Source: Octopus sinensis (taxonomy: Eukaryota). From it: a stretch of 64,000 bases of DNA. The first letter of the stretch is position 1. Each line of letters starts with the position of its first letter. Location of the stretch: assembly GCF_006345805.1 (NCBI RefSeq), contig NC_043006.1, positions 95,542,001-95,606,000 on the forward strand, written 5' to 3'. The position numbers and the translations under genes were made by a program. The notes under the pieces were generated by a model that was not told the origin of the DNA, did no database searches, and saw nothing but the letters and a program-made list of their open reading frames with translations. Positions 41,037-53,929 of this stretch are shown piece by piece.

Positions 41037-41144
41037 ATCACGGACGTACGTTTCGAAATCAAGTTTTAAGGAAAGCATAAGAATTAAATATTAAATATTA
41101 AATAATTCTATCTTACCGAAACTTCTTTTCTCTTCAGCGTTAGA
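41037..41144 (-). ncRNA. Hammerhead ribozyme, array copy 5
   Basis: Core intact (C17 at 41043); 1-nt indels in both stem I strands. Confidence 0.7.
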
Positions 41145-41526
41145 ATACTATAATCATAAATGATTATATATTGATTTTGAGATACCAGAAGGCACAACTC
41201 AACTCAGTATCAGAGGAGCTAGAATCCGCAACTGGTATCACCGAATTCCAATTTGTGAATGAAACGATTGTGTCAACAGCCCCTTCCCACCCGCGTGTAG
41301 CCAAAACAAGATGCTGTGGTCATCTACTGAGATAAAATATGGTTATCCGTAATAATGAAGGGTGAAATTAATTAATTTGGAAAAATTATCAATTACACCA
41401 AGTAGTCTTCGGCATGTAAAAGCCTCATTCGAGGAAAATTTAAGTAATACTAAGCAATAAGGGTTTAGCACGAGTTGTTACACATACCGAATTTAGAAAT
41501 AGCAGTCAGGGTATAGCTATTTCGTC

Positions 41527-41557
<31 letters not shown>

Positions 41558-42396
41558 CATATTATATATGTATATGAAAATTCTAATATACATAAGTGAA
41601 AAAATACAATAATACTTAAATAATGAAATACTTTAAAATTAAAAAAAACACACAAAGCTAGTACAAGTACCTAAATATATATATACTATAGTATATATAA
41701 TAATAAAAAAAAATTATAGCGAGAATAATATGAAAGTAAGAAAACCTATAAACCCCAAATTAAGAAAGGTGCAAAAATATTAGAACCAAAGAATAATACA
41801 CTATGAAGATGTACAATCACAATCACTACCAAACCAGTCAATAACAATAACTATAATAACAACGATGAAGGTCAAAATAATAGCAAGAACTAACTAATAT
41901 CGATAAACTAAATTACTATGTTCAACGATTCTGCTAATCTATCTAGATTTTAAAAAGATAAGCTTCTAATTAATCAACTCAATACGATTCCATTCATGAA
42001 AAATAGAATAAAAAATTTGAAATAGTACAAATGTACTCAAATCCATTATATAAACTCGTTATATTAGTATCCATGTATAAACCTATAGATTTAATCTATC
42101 ACACGATAAAAAAAGTTAAACATAAACTTTATATTAAAATAAAAACTAGTTTATGTTAAAATAATACTATTTAATGAAAATATTATGTAATTATTAAAAG
42201 AAATATAGTCTAACTATATTAATTCTCAAATAAAATAATATTTAAAACGTAAAATCTTTTATAACAATTAAATATCGGACGTAAAAAATACTATCAAGAA
42301 ACTATAAATAAATATTATATCAATCATTAATAAGGTAATTTTATTTTAATTCTCTCGCAGGAAGGATTAGTTTGGCGATTCGTGTTCTTTCTTGCC

Positions 42397-42706
42397 TTCG
42401 AAACACGCTAGAGTCGAACTAGTGACAGCTGATGAAGGGGATTTTTCCTTGTGTAGTATGTCCTCTACTCTGTTTTTCTGTTGTAAAAAATGGTTTTTCC
42501 GTTTTCGTTTCTCGTTGAGTTCCATGTCTCTGTTTTTCTGTTGTAAAAATATGTTTTTTCCGTTTTCGTTTCTCGTTGAGTTCTACGTCTAGTTGTGGTG
42601 TCCTGTACTCACGTATATATATATTTATATATGCATTTATATATGCATGTAGATGTAGGTACGTACATATATGTTTGTATGTATGCATATATTTTATTTA
42701 TTACAC
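42397..42706 (+). mobile_element. Single-orientation copy of the element forming the 6651-7135 palindrome
   Basis: High similarity to 6887-7135; contains a ~60-bp internal tandem subrepeat. Confidence 0.85.
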
Positions 42707-43145
42707 CCTTGTTTGACAGCGCCCTCGCGTCGGTTCGATTCGATTCGTTCGCTTCGTTCCGGTCTTATTCTCCCAGTACTATATATATATATATATAAGC
42801 ATTCAATTAGGGTTATGGTTAAAAATATACGTAATGTTAAAAACATATTTTTCCTTGTTGAAGCCCTAAGATACATCGTAGATATAAGGAGAGATAAATA
42901 GCAAAATAAAAATAAAAACATAAAAATAAAAACTGAAAACTACATATAAATATAAGAAATCAAATGAAAACCCCAAAATGAGAAATAAACTAATAATGGG
43001 TAAATAGAAAATAAGGATAGGTAGAGGTGTTCCTGGCAAAGTAAATCTAGATGAGGATATCATTGGATGCGCTTTATAAAATATAATATTACAGGCACTG
43101 TTGTATGTAGAATTATATAGTTAATAGTAAGTGCAAAACTTATCT

Positions 43146-43146
43146 G

Positions 43147-43229
<83 letters not shown>

Positions 43230-43260
43230 TTATTATTATTATTAACACTATTATTATTGT
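43146..43260. repeat. (TAC)n/(TAT)n microsatellite
   Basis: Direct inspection. Confidence 0.95.
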
Positions 43261-43289
43261 CATTACTATAATTATTATCAGCATGAGGA

Positions 43290-44095
43290 ATTATAACCGT
43301 ATTTCGTAGTCTGCTCCCACAACAGCTCCTTTGTAGGATCAAGTTAGCTCAAGACATCATCAGAGGAACCACGTCCGGTTTTAGGCCCCTCACTCTCTAC
43401 CGTTTTGACGTGGCGGCCCCCCCTTTCGGAGGTGTCTTCAGCTCTGTGTTGGTGCATGTCTTCTTTCTTCTTCTTTCTTCTGTTCCCTGGCCTCTTCGAT
43501 GTATCGTCAGCGAGTGTCAGTCAGTGACTGACTGTCTTTTCAAATTTTTCCCTTTAAATACCTGCTGCATAGGCTCCAGCAGGCAGCCCCAGCAAGTTGT
43601 CACGTGACACTGTCTCACCTTGACTGACTAGTGAAGGCGCGTAGTTTTATCCCGCGCTTTTTCTAAACGACCGTCACCTGTCAGTCAGCTTGTCTCACAT
43701 AATGATGTTATTTCCCGTCGGCATGTTTAAGACTTTCAAGCCATTTTCGGTCTTCCTGCTTCAGCCATATATAGAAGCTGGCTTTTTCGACCGCCTCCTA
43801 TACTCTCCTTATTAGTTTACGCAGCTCAGGGCTAGAAAAAACAAATCTTCTTTTGAAAAGCGTTATCATTTTCTTTTCAATGAAGCCTCTAGCCCCCACT
43901 GCCAGGTGATAATATTCGACATTCCATCCCTGTTCTCTGCATTCTTCGATTAGCTTTTCTCCTTTCGTTCCTCTGCATTGCCGATGTTCTCTTCCCAAAG
44001 TACTGCCCGGTCTCTGTTCCAAAGAACTAAATCTGGTCTTTTTGTTGTTTTTATTAGTGGAAATATTACCTCTCAGTATCCCTTCCATTATTCGT
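43290..44095 (-). mobile_element. 3' end of an RLE-type (HERO-like) non-LTR retrotransposon with probable 3' UTR
   Basis: IFPLIKTTKRPDLVLWN...WEENIGNAEERKEK, frameshift, LIEECREQGWNVEYYHLAVGARGFI...*EAVEKASFYIWLKQEDRKW: PD-(D/E)xK endonuclease and C-terminus typical of HERO-like ORFs. Confidence 0.8.
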
Positions 44096-44129
44096 CTATC
44101 TCGTATACTCTACTTGTAGGTATGGTTTT

Positions 44130-44285
44130 ATAACCTTTTCCCTCCTTGTGGAATAATACTGTCCTATTGTTGAAGCGCGTAGGCTCAAAACATAAAATAC
44201 ATTCTCACTTTTCCGAAATAATACACCTGCTTTTTATTCATACATCTGACTTCGTCTTTTGTTTTTCTGTAAATTTCAACTATAT
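44130..44285 (+). mobile_element. Decayed copy of the minimal-hammerhead pLTR-like family
   Basis: gttgaagcgcgtaggctcaaaac...tgtttttctgtaaatttcaac then (TA)n, matching 30510-30680. Confidence 0.55.
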
Positions 44286-44609
44286 ATACGTATATATACA
44301 TACATACATACATACATGCATACACACACACGCACACACACACATACACACACTCACACACACACATATATATATATACGTATACCGGAGTGAACACATA
44401 AATGTGAAACAAGGTGGAAAAGAGAGTACTCAAATATCAGTGGTAGAGTAATATGCTTTATTGAAAAGAAAATGATAAATTTGAAAAAAGCGTTGCAAGC
44501 TTAGCCAAGTCAACAAAAGTTACTAAAAAAATATTCTGTTGAAAGACTGTACAAGTATCATTTTGAAGCCTACAGGCCAACATACACATCGGCATATATA
44601 TATATATAT

Positions 44610-44770
44610 ATATATATTTTATCCTTTTATTTGTTTCAGTCATTTGACTACGGCCATGCTGCAGCACCACCCCATGACATATTCTTGGTAAGCCTAGAAT
44701 ATAGATCTCTTTTGCCGAACCGCTAAGTGACGGGGACGTAGACACATCAACATCGGGGAACAAACACAGA
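44610..44770 (-). mobile_element. SINE family 2 tail
   Basis: tttcagtcatttgactacggccatgctg...ttttgccgaaccgctaagtgacggggacg. Confidence 0.8.
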
Positions 44771-44829
44771 CAATGTAAGTTTTGCCTAAATTCTCTTTTC
44801 TTTTAAAAGGATATTATTTTCCCCCAAAA

Positions 44830-46010
44830 CTGTTGCTTTTCGGCATACAAAATGACCCCAGTATTTCAGCAGCTTTACATTTACCTCTTCAATGCTCCGC
44901 TACCATTTTATTCCTTACATTTTGGATTGCATAAATCGCATCAGTCTGTGAAATGACATCTCTTGTTGTTTCTACTATTTTCATTTCTTGTCTAAAGACC
45001 ACAGAAGCGTATCTCATAGGCTGGTTCTCTCCATCCTGAATATGTTCTACCCATCTTGGTGATTGATTTTCATTCGTCACCAATATTGTCCCTTCTTTTC
45101 TCAAGATCATTATAGCGGTGCTATTTCTAGCCTCAGATGACGTTTTCAAATTTTTCTGAACTCGTTCATTCTTACTGTTATTTTCCGGCATCGTTTCCCT
45201 TCTTTTGTCATTAATTATTCTTGTCTGTCCAACAACTCATTTTTATATTTTTGTCAAGGTCCCTGTGTCCCTCACACATAACCCCACTTGTCAGTATCAC
45301 CAGATTTGATCTCTTTTCAGTTTGACCTATTTTCTACGATCGCTCAAATTATGAATCAACTGAGGTTTAGTGTTATTTGATGTTTCCCCTTCGTCTACTC
45401 CGTTACTCTTGAGGGAATGATCCGTAATAGATTCCTGGAACAACTTTCACTGTTCGTCACGATCTTTTACTCATCGTAGAATTTACAATCTATTCGTTGT
45501 TGCCTCATAGAACTGTGTCGAAATATCCCACTGTTTAAGTTTCTTCCTTGCTTATGAACGCACTTCTTTTGCGGTCTCAGTTTTCTTAACTTCAAACAAA
45601 TCTTGCCCGTTATTAAGTTACATTCAGCACTGTACACAAGAACATTCAGTAGGAATGAACGTCACCCCATACGGATGCAAATGTAGTCATTACTTTTGCT
45701 GCGTCTCAGGTGAAATCCAGGTGGCCTAATGGATCCATTGTGAGTGGAATATGTGTTACCAATACTGATCGCATAGTAACTGCAACACGTTAGCAGTTTC
45801 GTGCCTTTATCATTTGTGTTGTCAGCAGAAACACGCTGACGTTATCCAATTCGGCGCTGAAGTTGCCCCTAATATCTCGATGTCATGCCTGGCAACGTGA
45901 TCCACCCTGTCCTGTAGTTGATCATAGAATTTATCTTTTTCTTCATCAGCGTAGGTTGGCATGAAAGTAACTTGAGTATTGACTCCTGCTGTAATGATAC
46001 AATCGCTGTC
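44830..46010 (-). pseudogene. Decayed RTE-clade LINE ORF (APE C-terminus into the RT-proximal linker)
   Basis: PTYADEEKDKFYDQLQDRVDHVARHDI.ILG (APE) and EGTILVTNENQSPRWVEH...AIYAIQNVRNK (RW.EHF...AI..L.N.K). Confidence 0.75.
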
Positions 46011-46857
46011 TGGCCACTATTGTATCAAGAAGTAAAATTAATTTAGAAAATATTTATAATTGGAAATATGGCATAAAGATGGAGGCAGATGCTGTGAAAT
46101 TCTGCTGATCTATGATAATTCAATGTCATTTTCGTTTTTAAATATTTCTGAACGGTTTGTCTATCACACAAGCTTCATCTATGAGATTTTTATCACAATT
46201 TTCTCGTCGACCGGAGATAATATACAAAACTTTGTTCACGTTACCATATAAGTGAATCAAATTCGAAATCACGTAGCAGATCATACTTTAATCATACAGC
46301 TATGCCTACAAACATCAATTTATTTTCCGGTTAATATTTTCTGTATAATGATATTGTATTAGCAGAATCGTTTGACCCATCGAATATCATCATGAACAAC
46401 ACTTCTTTTGGTATCTCGAATTTGAGTTCAAATTCGCCGAGGTCATTTTTATCTTTCACCCCCTCCGGCGTTCATGAAATGATGAAACAGTCGATCACAA
46501 GAGATCAATTTAATCGAGTTATCAATCTGCATTCTAGAAAGAAGAAACGCGAAACGGGAAATTAGCGGGATCGGTAGAGCGACGGACAAATTACCATGCT
46601 GTATTACTTTTGGATCCGGTTTTTCAGTTCAAATACTGCCAAAGTATTAATTTCCCTTTCATTTTAATCCTTTCGAGGTCTGTAAAATAAAGCGCTAATC
46701 AAATACTGTGGAGAATATGATCGATGAAGACAACCAGTCTGCTCCGAAATCAAATTGTGTGTAGAATGCCTATTTAATTAGAGGATAAGGCATCGCCTTT
46801 TTATATTTAACAGTATCAAATTGCTTTATTTTGTCTGAAATGTTTATAATCCATACG

Positions 46858-47250
46858 TGTAGGCATGACTGTATGGTCAAGAAGCGCGCTTTTCAACCCC
46901 GTGGGTTTTCAGATTTAGTCGAACTACGCGCCACTTTGTTCAAGTGTCTTCAACTATAGCCTCGGGTCAATCAATGCATGTGAGTCAATTTTTTTGAGAA
47001 AAACTGCGTGGAAGCCCGTTGTGCACGCACCCTCACAGTCACACACATATATTTACATGTGTGTATATGTGTGTGTGTATTTGTGTGCGTGTGTATGTTT
47101 CTGTGCTTTTGTGTTTGAGTCTGTCGCCCACCCCTAACGCTTGACAACTGGTGTTATTTTGATCAAGTTCCCTTAATTTAGCGGTGCTGATGGGCAAAAA
47201 GTGCCAAACTTAAAATTAAATTCTGGGGACGAATCGTACGATGAAAAGCC
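46858..47250 (+). mobile_element. Diverged SINE family 2
   Basis: aggcatgactgtatggtcaagaagc...caagtgtcttcaactatagcctcggg...ggaagcccgttg. Confidence 0.7.
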
Positions 47251-48683
47251 TTGAAGGCGCTGCACCTCTGATTGATATTGTTTCAAACTTATACAACTTG
47301 TTTCTTGCGATTTAAAAGTAACTCCTTCCTGCTGCTTCAGTTGGTGTGTCACATAAGAATATTTCTAAATTAATCCCAAACCAAAATTCTCGAAGTTGTG
47401 ATATCGGACCTGACAGGTCTATCTCAAGTATATCCTGAGACAATCAAGTATAGTCTTCAGGATACTTGGTTACTATTTATATAATATCATGGGTCCCTTA
47501 ACGTTTCCCTCGATATTATACAAGTTCTGTTTTGTAGCCTTTAGATAGAGGACTATTATAACTATCGTACCAACCTCGATGCTTATGGAACCACAGGAAG
47601 AGACAAAAAAGCTATCCTGATTATGTTTATATTTATACAATGTAATGAATTATATTAATATGTTCAATTTATTGAATTTTCGCCGCCATTGTCTTTCGTA
47701 TGTTGTTGTTGCGATTGTTATTGCGTTGTTATTTTCTCGATGTTTTTTTAAACCTCAGGTGAGTTACGATTGAGTTCATCCTTATTAGATAAAAGTTAAT
47801 CTCATGACCATCTACGTCAAAAGATTTCAAGTTTATTTTTCACGACAAGGTATAATTTGAGAAGAAATTTGGTTGCTATTTCTTGCAGGTCAACCGGCCC
47901 GCATAAAGCCTCCTAATTGGCTCGACTGGCCGCCATGTCGTTCATGAACAGAAGAAGACGACATGATAACAATGTCAGTAAAAGCAGAAGAAATAATCAA
48001 TAAAGCCGAATGAATGTATGCTTTCGGCTATCAATATCAATCACAATCTTTTAGAGATTAATTCCGATTAAATAAAGTTGTGGAAATACTTAAAGTGTTT
48101 CTCAATGGCACCTGGCTTCGGCGTAGCACGTCTTTAGGATGTTTTCTTTACTTCGCTTATTTGTTTTTATCTCCCGTTCTGCTATTTCTTTCATGACACA
48201 TTTTATTTAGGAAAATTATTTTCATTTTTTTTCATTAATTGCTTTATCTTCTGCGTACAAGTCATTGCTTTCTTTCTTTCTTTTTTTCTGCCTTTCTATC
48301 TCGCTTTCTCTCTATCTTTTTCTCTTTCTTCAAAATAGTAGAGCACGTCCTACTATATCTTGCATCCCGTTCATGGCTATATATTGACAGATTTGTCTAA
48401 AATATATGCACAGAACAATAAAAAAAGTAAATAAATAAATACATTTCACTCAAAATAGATTATCGGAAACAGGAGGGGACGTTCACACTATTGCCTCCGA
48501 TTATTTCACGGAGACTTCTGTCTTCTCACTGATCCCTATTTGTCTCAGTAAGTTTTGAATCAAGTTAGTAGAAAAAGAATCTGTTAAAAACTGCAAACGG
48601 CAGTAGTTTCAAAAACAATTGTTTGAGAAATATCTCTGAGTGGTATTTGTGTGTATGTTCATGTATACATATATGTATGTAGT

Positions 48684-48718
<35 letters not shown>

Positions 48719-48849
48719 GTATGTATATGAGTAGATGCGGGAAGTATACAGGGACAGTAGAAAAATATCTGTAGTTTGGCAGATATTTGAACATGTAATG
48801 GTTTTTAACGACAGTTTGTCGTGGAGCGACAAATTCACTCTGAAGACAA

Positions 48850-49460
48850 AACGGTGTTAACGTCTCAGATTTAGCTCAGAGCATCTTCTGGGGTTCGAAA
48901 TGTATCCAGCTGTATAAAACAAAATGGCATATTCCCCTTTTATCATGAGCTAGAATTTGTTGTCCACGACAAACTCCACCAAAAAGTTGATGCCGGTTCA
49001 AATATCACACGTTGTTCTCTTCTCCCAGGATTATTTTTACTCTGTTAACCATCGTATCACCTTTTCCCCGTATTTCAAGAGAGCAATTGCCAGTGCATTT
49101 ATTACTTGGAACTTATTCGTCCCACTGAATCTAGACGGCAACATTAGTCTCAATTCTCTGTAATATTCATGAGAGAATATCTCCTTCATTGCGCTTTCCG
49201 ATAATCCACACACTTCCAATATGCCCAGATGCCTTTATCATTCCTTGTTTTTTATCCTTACATATTCTGTGGGCAATTTCACACCGTGCGCCTGTTGGAC
49301 CTATCCTCTTTTTATAAACAAAGCTCCGCACATTTTCAATCCAAATTCCTTTCTAATGTCATCGGCAAACCAATGCAATATTGAAGTTAGTGAATTTTTC
49401 ACATAAAATTCCAGGTCGTTACAAAATAGGAAGGCGGTTGGTTTTCTGTTTTCTTTCCTT
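48850..49460 (-). pseudogene. Decayed R4/Dong-like non-LTR RT fragment
   Basis: DLEFYVKN...FADDIRKEFGLKMC...KRG...HLGILE...EYYRELRLML.S...GTNKFQVINALA..LLKYG..VIRW. Confidence 0.7.
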
Positions 49461-50043
49461 GAACTCAAACCCAGCTTTTGTGTTTCTAAAAATGAAAGTC
49501 ATAGGTATCGTACGCAACACATGGAAGACAAACAAACAAACATGACTTGAAGTAAATAGACTTTCATAGTCGTCGTAGGCTTAAATGGTAGGTCTAGTCG
49601 TTCAGGGGTAACCTTGAGTTTAAGATCATCATCATCGCCATCATCATCATCAACAACAACAACAACGACAACAGCAACAGTGATATCAACAAAACAATAA
49701 TGTTAAAATTACTATCATAATATATTTTTCAGCATAATATATTTTTCATATATATATATATATATATATATAAACATATATATATACATAGATATAATTA
49801 TATATATATATATATGTGTGTGTATGTATTCTTATGGACATACATAAGAATTCCGCCCCAACTCATACATATGTATATGTATACACACACTCATAACATA
49901 CACACATACATGCTCACACAAAAAGGCACACACACGCACACATACACTCATATATTAATAGGGCGATCGAGCGAGCGTGCTAGAGGGAGAGGGAGTGTGG
50001 GAGAGAAGAGAGTAAGAGAGAGAGTGAGAGAAAGAAGTAGTCA

Positions 50044-50238
50044 GTGATGTGGCAGAATCGTTAGCTTCAAAGCATTATTTCCAACATTATGTTCTGAGCT
50101 CAAATTCCATAAAGGCCTATTGTTCCGTCATCGTTTGCGTGAATGGGGGCGATATAACTGGTACCAGTTGACAATCTGGGTCGCTGTATTGTAATAGTAC
50201 CGTCAACCAGGCCTTGTGTCTACATTAGAAAGAAATAT
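50044..50238 (+). mobile_element. Diverged SINE family 1 (tail A)
   Basis: gtggcagaatcgttagc...gttctgagctcaaattcc...ggccttgtgtctacattagaaag. Confidence 0.65.
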
Positions 50239-50915
50239 CAGAGAGACAGAGACAGAGAGAGAGAGAGAGAAGGAGAAGTGTCAACTTATTGTTTAATTTT
50301 TGGTAGGGAGGAAAATATAATGAAAGCGTAAACTGGTGTGTATAAGACATCATATTAAGTGAGGCAGACAGGCTCGTATTATTGCGCTTAAATAGTTGCA
50401 AAATATTTCAGAGCTTCTCTGTCTGAAAATCTGGGTATATGATTGCTGATTTTCTCCCGTTAACATTACTAATATATAATCGAACAAACATTTTTATTTG
50501 ATTATATATTTTTACCTTCTGTGATATGTAATATTTTTATGTATTTGATAACCATGGTGGTTTGTTATATATGATTAAATGTTCGAGGGGTGGTGTTGTA
50601 TGTAAAGTCGTTGACCCAAGTTTAATGTTTGTTCTATAACCAATTCTTCTTGGTCTCATTCATATTTGAGCACTTGTTTTTCACCCCTATAAAACCTCTT
50701 GTTTCTACAGAAAGAGACAAATATTATTTTCTTGTTATATATAACAATTCGTTTAGTGAGGGCAGGGACCGCTTTAAAGCCTTGAAAATCTACTCTCTCC
50801 ATTATTTACTTAATCATCCATATTTTATTGTTATTTTAATATTAATATTTCTATTATAAGTAATTTCCTAGATGGTGTAATTTAAATGTTCATTTTGAAT
50901 TGATAAAAGGTGGGT

Positions 50916-50957
<42 letters not shown>

Positions 50958-52090
50958 TACATACATGCTTTACATCCCTTACAACCATTCACATTACAAT
51001 TCTTTATCTAACCTAACTGCGCAAAATCCAGGAGTACTTACCTCCCTTACAAATAATCTTTTTACTCAGGAACTATTAGATCTGACACTGTTCATTAGCC
51101 GGTGTTCATTTAAAGCAATGAATAGTATCTTACAAAACCGCGCGGTATGCTTGAATCTCTTTAATAATCTCATAATAATAACTTTTATGATTTTTATTAC
51201 TTTTATTACTACCCAAGTTCATCTAATTGTGTATATCTGTCGTTAACTTTCATAAAAAGGGTTTTCTTTTTTTATTTGAAATGTGCATTTCGTTGATTTT
51301 CTTACTTTCCCCTAACATTTCCACGTGTAGTTTCTATATTACTTTTGTAACATTCTATTATATATATATATATATAGATATATATATTATATATATATAT
51401 ATATCTATATATATATATATATGTATGTGTGGTGTGTGTGTGTATGTATGTATGTATGTATATTATATATATATATATAAAATTTAAAGGACTGAGACCA
51501 CTAAAAGTGGACGGTCAATATGCTAGATATAGACGTTAAAATCGCTATTTTCCCGAAGAATGTGTTCTCAAGAAAACACTCTGCACAAAACCAAAGTGTA
51601 AAAAATAAGCAAGATAAATGAAAATACACGAAATCAAAAACTATTACCTATGTACCGATCAGTTTCACTTGTTAATATTCACGTATATGCATAGGGAGGA
51701 GTTAGTGAAAAATAAGAATAGAAAGAAAGAGAAGAAGAACGAGGAGGTAAAGAGGAGAAAGAAGAAGAAAAAGACGGGAGTGGCCTGACAGCGGTAGAAT
51801 GTTTGTGGACTTCAATGGTTAAGTGACTTAAAAGTGATCTGTTGTGACTGTAGCTGTAGTGATTGGAGTTGTTCTGAATAAATTCACGGGTAATGACTGT
51901 TCTGAATACATCTTTTTTAATACTTGCGAGGGTATTCTTCTAAGGTCTTCCATGTGTGGTGGAAGCATTCAAAAGATGTAGATTTTGCGATAAAATACGA
52001 TTCTTTGTTAATGCGCTCTTTATAGGTTGGATTGCCTCGTAAATTTATGGAGGGGGAACATTCTGTAAGTGGTTTGGTCGTTAGTGGCGC

Positions 52091-52166
<76 letters not shown>

Positions 52167-52244
52167 GTGTGTGTGTATGTGTGTGTGTGTTGTGTGCGTT
52201 TGTGTGTGTGTATTATATATATATATATATATAATATATAATAT

Positions 52245-52700
52245 ATATATGAAGGAGAATTCACAACAAGCCAGACAGGTGGTGTAGGACAACAAACAGA
52301 TGTATTAGTATAACGCTCGGGAAGTAAAAGAGTCTTTAACGTTTCCAGCCTACGTTCTTCCACAGAAAGGAACACACAATGAAACAGGAGAGAAAATAAT
52401 GAATGTGTAGTGGCTAGTGATCAGTCGTGGCGAATGCCAGACAGAGGGGTCACACAGGAAATCTAGGGAGAGGGGGAGAAAATAAAGTATTGGTGATCCC
52501 AAAACGAAGGTGCAAGTGCGTGTGTATAACAGATTTTGTTTGTACGTGTGGAAGAGGGCTGGTGATCTTGACGTGTGCAACATGATGAAGGCTGGAGGGT
52601 ATATCAGCCGAAATGTTGTGTTAACAACAAACAAGATGAAGACATATTTCGTTTTGGGATTTGGTTTGCAAGATTCTTTATATGACTTCGTGTGTTGAAG
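52245..52700. mobile_element. pLTR-like element with two decayed hammerheads on opposite strands
   Basis: Minus 52334-52369: CTTT-CTGTGGA-A-GAAC-gtag-GCTG-GAAAC-GTT-AAAG. Plus 52579-52622: AACA-TGATGA-A-GGCTG-loop-CAGCC-GAAAT-GTT-GTGTT. The outer boundary at 52700 is approximate. Confidence 0.55.
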
Positions 52701-53568
52701 CATATTCTGCTTTGTTTGAGGAGAGTCATTTTCTTTTTATGCCTTATAATTCAACACACTCACCGGTAAAATTTCCACTTATTTCATATTTTTATTTTCT
52801 CAGACTTTCGTTGTATCCTGCAACCTTTTTAAGTCTTGACTCTGTCCGATATTTACACTTTTTGTTTCTTTGTGCGCATGTGAGTGGGTCAGTGTGTGTG
52901 CCTGTGAATGCATGCACGTATGCATGTATGTATGTATGTATGTATGTATGTATGTATGTATGTATGTATGTATGTATGTATGTGTGTATGTAGGTATGTA
53001 TGCATGTATGCATGAATGTATACATGTGTGTGCATGTATACATGCGTGTGTATGCATATGTATATATGTATTCTGCATATTCATGGCTTGCATGTCCGTG
53101 TTTGTGTATTTTTTATGTATGTATGTGGGTGTGAGCGTGTGTTTGTATATGCATGCACCTCTGTCTCCTTGTGTGTGCATGACTGTGTGCGTGTGTGTTT
53201 TGCAACTATGTACCATGTTTGTATCTATGGATGTGTGGACATGTGACTCCATATGTGTCCCTGTGTGGAGTAAAGTGTGTGTGTGTATATATAGTCATGT
53301 GTTTCAGTCTCCATTTGTGTATGTGTGCTTGTCTGTTCATATAACTTACGTACCTATACTTCTGCATGTTGATCTCTTTATTTTCATATCCTTATGATTA
53401 CATACATGTGCATACACACACATCGACACCCACACATATACATACATCGATCCACATAACACCTACAACTATTCTACTCTACCTGTGTAAATGCTTGTAG
53501 ATGAAGACAAATATCCGTCAGATGTAAGTAACGTAAAGGATGTATATATATATTATATATATATATAA

Positions 53569-53658
<90 letters not shown>

Positions 53659-53852
53659 AGAGATACAGATATATAACCTGATTTTGCCTTCGTTTGATTT
53701 CTGTAGTTTTTATCGGTGTATTTTTGTCGATTTAATAAGAGTTTGTGTGTTATTTCAAGCAGGTTGATATACCTAGTATCTCTTTGATTAATTTAATCCC
53801 TCGGCTATTTAATATATATATATATATATATGAATAAAGTAGAGATAGATAC

Positions 53853-53883
<31 letters not shown>

Positions 53884-53885
53884 AT

Positions 53886-53929
<44 letters not shown>

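Larger units (their letters stand above)
38492..41528 (-). mobile_element. Tandem array of ~590-bp non-coding units (5 full plus ~80-bp partial), each with a hammerhead ribozyme; retrozyme-like or Penelope pLTR-like element
   Basis: Unit starts (tactaagcaataaggg and variants) at 38492, 39080, 39666, 40258, 40852, 41448. Copies differ mostly by small indels. (TA)n flanks both ends. No long ORF. Hammerhead core in every full unit. Confidence 0.85.

Noticed and set aside
38492-41528. CRISPR array or plain satellite interpretation of the tandem repeat
   Set aside because: No unique spacers and no cas genes; the catalytic core and nested helices argue against a structureless satellite.
45935-45955. 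ctacgctgatgaagaaaaag in the RTE remnant resembling the array's ribozyme 5' half
   Set aside because: It encodes the YADEEK endonuclease motif and has no downstream GAAAC...GUH partner; coincidental.
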